From the NCBI GenBank assembly GCA_964016885.1, contig OZ024740.1, positions 167,648,001 to 167,712,000 of the forward strand: a DNA stretch of 64,000 nucleotides. The letters run 5' to 3'. A model generated the notes under the pieces. That model saw only the letters and a program-made list of their open reading frames with translations, was not told the DNA's origin and made no database searches. Below, piece by piece: positions 56,395 to 64,000 of this stretch (position 1 is its first letter; every line of letters starts with the position of its first letter). Both the position numbers and the translations under genes were made by a program. This stretch comes from Eledone cirrhosa (taxonomy: Eukaryota).

Positions 56395-56720
56395 ACAGGA
56401 GAAGGAGGACATCTACGCACCATTGATAAGGAGTTTACAAATACAGTATCCAAGAGACACCTTTAGATTCATACCCATCATTATTGGAGCTACGGGTTAT
56501 ATACCAACCCGCTTGGACCAAAGTATGACTGAACTTGGATTTACGGACAAAAAGCGCGGCTCCCTAATTCATAGTCTACAAATGGCTGCGATAGCTGGCA
56601 CCTTCAAAATTTGCAAAACATTCTTGCGATTCAAGGGATGACAATTTCTTTTCTTTTACAACCTTGCCACCAGGAAGGTGGCCGGTCAAAAAAAAAATAC
56701 TCGAAATTAAGAGAAAGAGA
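56395..56720 (+). mobile_element. R4/Dong-like 3' fragment (end of RLE + 3'UTR)
   Basis: QEKEDIYAPLIRSLQIQYP..FRFIPIIIGATG..GTFKICKTF is homologous to the end of the 22.4-23.2 kb ORF; (CATA)n flanks. Confidence 0.85.
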
Positions 56721-56954
56721 TATACATACATACATATCTCTATGATATTCCAGATTAAATGATCTCCAAGCAAAAGATCACCATTAAAAAAACGCAATCG
56801 GTTTCAAAATCTGTTGTGAGTAGGACTTCGTCTTCATTTTAATTCTCTACGTCTATTAGTTTATTGCTTGTTATGTCATATAGCTCATATTAAAATGAGG
56901 GACATTACGTCCTAATAGAGATTTTTCAGCTGATGTTCAGCCATTACATGTGCG

Positions 56955-56985
<31 letters not shown>

Positions 56986-57446
56986 ACTCAACAAACAAAC
57001 CTAAATACATTTAATGGATGGAATGTGTTTTAAGTATGTTTCAAAGCATATCTATTTCCTTCAAAATCTTTCGTTTTTACTCTCTCATGTTTATATGCTT
57101 ACATGTAATGTGTGTGTGATAATAGTTTGTGTGCGCGGGCGCGCTTGTGGGTGACTGTGTACAAAAGTAGATTGATAGATAAATAGAAAGACATCATTGT
57201 GTATATATATACACACACACATATATTATATATATATATATATATTATATTATATATATATATATTATATATATATATATTTATTATATATATATATATA
57301 TTATATATATATATATATATTATATATATATATTATATATATATGTATATTATATATATATATTATATATATATATATATTATATATATATATATATATT
57401 ATATATATATATATTATACATATATATTATATATATATATATAAGT

Positions 57447-57497
<51 letters not shown>

Positions 57498-58297
57498 TAG
57501 GTGGGAGACAAAGATAACGGATATGCATATGTTTCTGCGTTTATGAATCAATGGCAGATAAAAAGATATGAAGATGTAAAAATATAGAATGTTTATATGT
57601 GTATATGTTGTAGATAGATGATTAGTAAGAGTATGAGTAAATAAGAAATAGGGGAAGTAGAAATATGTCTCCCCTAGAAATACATTATATTAGGCAAAAA
57701 CATCTGGGTATTTTGCAGACACGTTTTAATCATTTTTGTTTACTCTTTATTGCTTTGTTATTGATGTAACTGCCATTGTTATTGTTGCTTGAATTCAGCT
57801 TTGATGAAGCATATCTATGGTAAATGGTATTACAGTCATGATCACATTGTCCTTGGCTCAGTAACTGCATTTCTAGAACTACATTATTCAATGTGCTCGG
57901 TTTTAATTAAACACTAGAAGGCGATTTGTTGTAAATATTTCTGCTATTTCTAGCAGGCTAGGTAACCCCATGTTTGACCATTGCTACAAGCATTAATATC
58001 GTTGTTGTTTTGAATGTTATTTTACTGGTTTCAATCAAAAGACAGCGGCTATTCCGATGCTCGATTTTAAATTGTTTTAGTTGATCATATCGAGCCCCGT
58101 ATGTATGTTTTCAAATTTAAGCGCTTATTTTCTCGATCACTTTTTGTTCACGAGCTATGTCACGAGACAAATAAACAGGCACATACACAAAGAAAGAAAT
58201 AGAAAGATGGATACAGAGAGAGAAAGACATAGAGAAACAGACATAGATAGAAAGATAGATAGTTAGATAAATAGATAGATAGATTGATAGATAGATA

Positions 58298-59070
58298 TAT
58301 TTTTTTATTTGCCACAAGGACGCACAAGAAAAGGAGACAATACAAAGACACATGCCGGGGACTTTACATACAGTCGTGTAAAAATGTTGAAACAAACAAT
58401 TATAACAATCGAAATCCCCAATAGGGGGGAGACGCCGCAAATGGGTTGTTTAATACCCCGTCGATAGAACAACCCTCAACTTCAGGAGCGTGTTGTGTAA
58501 GTGCTCCTTTCTTCATTTTGTTCTCTTCTTTAACCTACAGGCTTATAAACAGAGAAGGCCCAATCACACGGGCCATTTTCGCTTCATTCACCCACCTTTC
58601 AGTAAATTTACTGGGGCGCAGTGCCTCTCTCTCCATTCTCATTCTCCTTCTAAAGTGATACTTAAAGAAGGGAATCAATTGTTGTCCGGAGAGAAAGGCA
58701 TCTGTCCTCAGTCCTCTCAATTTCGTTCACCATATAACCTCTTTCACCATAGCCACTGTACAGAGGAAAACCGCCTCTCTTTCGTTTTTGAAAGAGGATG
58801 GCGGTTTGATCCTTACTGGATTTGTCCCATACGCGACAGCAGTTGTTCTGCATAGTTCTACAGGTCGCTTACGCCCGAGCAGTGTACAATTGTGTACAAG
58901 ACGGTTTCAATGTCCTGCTCGCATCTTGAACACGTCCTCTTGGAAGGATCCCTGCCGGGGCGTCCATGCCTGTAGATCTTGTCTCGAACGGGTAGAGCTC
59001 ATCGGTAGCACTACCAGGCCAGGAACCTCTGGAAGTTGTCCATAGGTCCCGGGCGGAAAGTCCTACCGAA
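58298..59070 (-). mobile_element. 5'-truncated Tx1-like copy between (GATA)n tracts
   Basis: FLSGQQLIPFFKYHFRRRMRMERE..ERWV..MARVIGPSL* matches the ORF2 C-terminus at 39401-39600. GATA repeats at 58245-58296 and 59073-59090. Confidence 0.87.
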
Positions 59071-59694
59071 CATAGACAGATAGATAGATAAGTGTTTCTG
59101 CAGTTTCCTTCAAAGTTATGGTAGAAGACAAGTGCTCAAACTGGAAGTACATGTGAAACCACGTTGTTACGGAGCAAACTTCTTAACCATACAGCCGTCT
59201 ATTCAGATTGCACACAGCAATTTTTGTGTGTGTGCAAAGACACAAGAAGTTAAAACAAAAAACACAAATTAAAAATTGAGCATTCACCATTCCATTTCTA
59301 AATAAATGTGTGAATTGCTCAAATAAAGACGATAAATGAATTAATATTCTGGATACAAAACACAACTATCGCGTATATATATGTGTCTTTGGACATATAA
59401 GCTTATATATCTGATGAGATGTCGAAAAAGAGTCGGACCCCGTCACATTGATTGTACTCTTAGCTGATCGATATCGAAACAATTGTTATATGCAAAAGTT
59501 TGTACATATGCTGCCACACTGACTTCGACTCTTATAATTCTATTTACACTCTTTACACTACAGCCGAACACTGATATAGAACCCAAACGAAACGGACCTC
59601 GTAACCTCATCGAGTGCCTAGAACGACGCGCCACCTGCAACTGTTTTTACACACCTAACTAACACACACACACACACACACGCGCAGATATATG

Positions 59695-59729
<35 letters not shown>

Positions 59730-60021
59730 ATGTGTGTTTGTGTGTATGTGTAAATACATACCTCAGACCCACACACGTACACACCCACACACATATATAC
59801 ATGTGTAGGTGTGCACAAGTTTGCGCGCGCGTGCATCTATGTGAGTTTTCACATATACATGTATGACTTTGCTGTACATTCGGTTTCCTACAAACATTAA
59901 ATTCCTCTTAACCCTTATCCCTTTCAATATAATAAAACCGACATTCAAATACAACACACACACACAAACACACTTGCACACACACACACACACACACACA
60001 TACGCCCCTACGCACACATAA

Positions 60022-60054
<33 letters not shown>

Positions 60055-60617
60055 AAGGAGTGATAAGTAGAAACATCAAATAAAGGAAAATAAATAAATA
60101 AAATAAACAGATAAAAAATCAAAATGAATACAAATATATGAAATATATACATCCACATTACACTTTAGTTTCGTTCATCCACTGTATTGGTTTACAAATG
60201 AAAGTATAGCTTTGTGGTTTGGCAGGGAAGAGATTTATCTTATAATTATATGTTTTCTATTATTTGTTGTGTATTTGAAAAAAAAAGAAACTCTTTGTCC
60301 TCTTTTTCAAAATAAATAACTAAAACCTCTGATTTTTGTAGTTTAGATTAACGAAGAGCGCTAAAGAATAAATGAAGAGGGAAAATGAGACATGGATATG
60401 GTAAATGATGGGTTAAAAAGTGTGGTGGGTTTACATTGTGAACCACACCCTATACGGAAGCAGATGTCAAAATAGTTCCGGATGATTCTGCGAGAAAAGT
60501 TAATAGATTGTTGAGATTAAAATAGAAGAACGGTTAAACAAGCCAAAAGCAATGCATATACCTATATATATATAGATATATATACACATATATATATATA
60601 CATATATATATATATAC

Positions 60618-60658
<41 letters not shown>

Positions 60659-60763
60659 TATATATAGATATATATACACATATATATATATACATATATA
60701 TATATATACATATATATACATATATGTATATATATATATTTATGTATATATTTATGTATATGC

Positions 60764-60864
<101 letters not shown>

Positions 60865-60902
60865 AGCTAGAGTAATTGCAGCTACTACAACTACTACTAC
60901 TC

Positions 60903-60937
<35 letters not shown>

Positions 60938-60960
60938 GCTACTACTACTACTATAATGAT

Positions 60961-61066
60961 TTCTTATACAAGGCCAGCAATTTTGGGGGGAGGGAAAAGT
61001 CGATGAAATTGATCCCAGTGCGTGGCTGGTAATTTATTTTATCGACCCCGTAAGGATGAAAGGCAA
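60961..61066 (-). mobile_element. 5'-truncated SINE with ~21-bp target-site duplication
   Basis: TACTACTACTACTATAATGAT at 60940-60960 and 61067-61087 flanks a copy of the GGGGTCGATAAAATAAAT SINE. Confidence 0.75.
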
Positions 61067-61089
61067 TACTACTACTACTATAATGATAA

Positions 61090-61900
61090 TGGTTTCTTAA
61101 TTTTGTTTCCATTGTCATTGAATCCATTGTGCCCAATACATGCAGAAAACGCAAGGGACAAGTCATAACCAATGTCCTAGGGTTCTTTGTAATTGTTTCA
61201 ATAGTTCAAATTTCAACACTTTCTCCTTGGATCTTTGCTGTTTCTAATAATCCTGCGTATCAGCTTTGTTCGATCTTTGATACGAATATTCTTCTATAAT
61301 TCTTCTATAATTGCATTTTCTATGTGCACCAAGTGTGCCCACAACCATTGGCATAATCTAAATGTTGTTTATATTCCACATTCACGGGCTTCTCTTTACA
61401 GATCACGATAATTTGCGACCTGTCTTTGTTCTTTCGCACACCGTTAACACCCGAAGGAGTCATATCTATTATTGTGCATTTTTGTTCCATCATGGACGAT
61501 AACAATGTCTTGTCTTCTTGAATTCATCATTTTATCACAATAAGTGTTGAAATCTCACAACTCAATCCTTATTTGCTTCAAATGTATTAGATGTATGTAT
61601 CGCCTATCAGCTCTATTTTAATTATATGTATCATATAGTGCCTATCTGCAATGTGTGCAATATTATGGTGGCTCCATCTGTATTCTGTCTGTACAAGTTT
61701 GCTTGCTATGTGACTAATGATTTTACCTGTTTTGATACAGAGTTTACTTAAAGGTGATATTACATTTTCATCTACGTGATATTTCACATAGTTTGCTCTC
61801 AGTGTTTGTTCTTGTACTGCACAGATAAATGATTCTGTTCCAAGCTTCAGTCTTGTTTTCGTATCCCCCCTTGTCACATGCTTATACAAATATTTGATTA
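61090..61900 (-). mobile_element. Degenerate R4/Dong-like element ending at a (TAG)n tract
   Basis: TESFICAVQEQTLRANYVKYHVD..KLC..ISHIAS..LVQTEY..HHNIA and RRQDIVIV remnants; many indels. Confidence 0.7.
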
Positions 61901-61929
61901 ACAATTTACTGCGCTAAGGAACTGAGAAA

Positions 61930-62230
61930 GCAAAAACAATGACAGCATCAATCGAATTATCCGTTGTTGCCTTTCCAATACTATCACTGCCTGAAACTCC
62001 AAAATTGGCAGAGGGGATCACCTCGTCCTTTGTCTCTAAAGCTGGCCAGAAAGCTACAGATCCTCCATATCGTGTCATCTTCTGAAGTGATTTGCAAAAC
62101 AAATTTCGACGCAACACTCACTAAATTGAAACAATTTCGGAAATTTCTATATCACTTTTTAGTATCTGGTGACTGTGCCGAAGATGTAAGAAGAGTGAGA
62201 AAAGACGTTTCCTAAATCCCTCATCAACAT
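61930..62230 (+). mobile_element. Possible highly decayed Tc1/mariner transposase C-terminus
   Basis: IGRG followed by a frameshifted WP..PD..FF*.DL-like stretch resembling IGRG..WPARSPDL..DFFLWG; recognisable only across frameshifts. Confidence 0.3.
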
Positions 62231-64000
62231 TTTCAAGTACGCCAGAACTAAATATGTTTTCATATAGACAATTAATTTTAGTTAATGATGTACCATACGT
62301 TTGTTTGTGATGTACCATACGTTTGTTTGTATATATGCCTATATATAAGCGTGTTGGTTAGTCGTCTCTTTGTATATACGTTTATTCAAGTGTATTTTCT
62401 TTGCTTGTGCATGTTTATATGTGCGAATAACATTGCTGCCTTGTAATAGTTAGTATCTATACTGTCAGTTTGTAAGTACCCAAAATTCTATTTTATTTAT
62501 AACTACCGGACATAAAAGAAAGGGTGTATCTTTCATTTCAACCTTAACTAAGGGAGACTGATAATTATTTTATCAACTCCTCCCCGACTTGTTTTGGCAT
62601 AAACAGGAAATTTGATCTGGAAAGAGATTTTAATTAAGTGCTGTATCAGATATCCATTTCAATAGATTTACTGTGAACGAACTTGATTATTATTTTACAT
62701 TGCATAATGTGGATGATTTACCTCTTGACTCCCGGTTTTTTTTAATTGATTTGGGATATTGATAGTGGTGAGTAACATTATGTGTGTGGTATTCTTCCGG
62801 TCAACCAAGTCTGCAATCCAGATTCTGGCCAACTCTTGTCTTATTTAATTCAACATTATCACAGAAGAATGGCGTGCGCATCACAAACGCAATTTAATGT
62901 TGCATGCATGCATTAGATGGATAAATAAATTGTCTTCGGTTACCTTTGATCACAAAAGCAATTGACACTATCGCACCAGAGCGTGTAATAAAGAGACACG
63001 TATCTCACTTTTTACATCATTGGTATTTATTTCAATGACCTTAGACAGATAAAATATATAGTTTGTCCTGCACACGATTTTGAGATCAATATGGCTTACG
63101 GAAATAATTATATTAAAGATTTCTCTCATGAGTTCCAGCCTGTTGCATTCTGTAAAATGTATCAATAATGATCACCAATTGATGCGTAAGGTAACAATCA
63201 TTTAGGGAATGAGGTTGCGTGAGGTTGATGCTGTCCTCAATGGAAAAGTGTATGTAGTTATTATTATAAAAAAGATATGCCCGACGATCAAGCTTAAACT
63301 GTTTCACAATCATAGAGCATGTCAATCTCATAAGATGTATAAAATGGGATGGTCAAGCCTGTAACATATTTAATGATCGGTATGCTATGCTCAATCAGGG
63401 TTGACCTGGTAGTAAACAGCAACGATATCTATGAAACATTAAGGAAGGAGAAAATTGTAGGAGAAAGTATGGGAGAGACACGTAGAGATAGTGAGTGGGT
63501 GACGAAAAAGTATGAGATAGAGAGATGGTGAATAGAATATGAAAACGATTTAAAATATGCTCATATGTTTAAAACACCTAGCCATAATTTGACAAGTTCA
63601 TGCATACAGTGAAATGGAATTGCTGTAGATAATCTATATATATATAAGAGAGATGTTTATTGGTTGGTTGATTGGTTGGTTTAATCATACGAAAACCACA
63701 TACACACACACATTTAAAGAGAGAGAGACAGAGGGAGAGGCAAATAGAGAGATATAGGCCGCTATAGACAGAGAGATACAATTGAAGTGTTAGATATTCA
63801 GAGAGAGAGCGTGAAAGAGAGAGAGAGAGATAGAGAGAGAATGATGTCCCACAAAAGACTAGAATCGGCTTGAACTATAGATCAAAGTATCAGTTGAATG
63901 TTTAACAACATAAAACACATTGGTCTGGCAAACCTAATATGTGGGTTCGTGTCCCATGTACGCCAATACTCATCATTTTTCCATTCAGATGTTTTTTAAA

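Noticed and set aside
59411-59440. CTGATGA-GATGTC-GAAA hammerhead-like core
   Set aside because: No stem I or stem III complementarity in the flanks.

Overview
AT-rich, microsatellite-saturated animal DNA. The SINE, LINE, Penelope and Helitron content looks octopus/cephalopod-like (inference). I can support no host gene, and nearly all short ORFs in the track are translated microsatellites. The window is a dense transposon landscape. It holds a full-length RTE-clade LINE (~23.5-27.8 kb, -, two nonsense codons, three C-terminal C2H2 fingers) with two families of short 5'UTR+3'tail derivatives. It also holds a near-full-length Tx1/L1-clade element (39.2-45.0 kb, -) and related fragments, most bounded by (GATA)n; R4/Dong-like RLE elements inside (CATA)n; a CRE-clade remnant; and a Naiad-type Penelope element with an inverted terminal segment and a TGA at a conserved Cys. 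Penelope-type palindromes with hammerhead-like motifs, non-autonomous Helitrons (one head-to-tail pair) and tRNA-derived SINEs fill much of the rest. Best leads: retroelement families partitioned among different microsatellites, a shared inverted-repeat-marked breakpoint in the RTE derivatives, an in-frame ORF1/ORF2 junction in the Tx1 family, possible selenocysteine in the Penelope element, and a 2-kb palindrome carrying a hammerhead fold.
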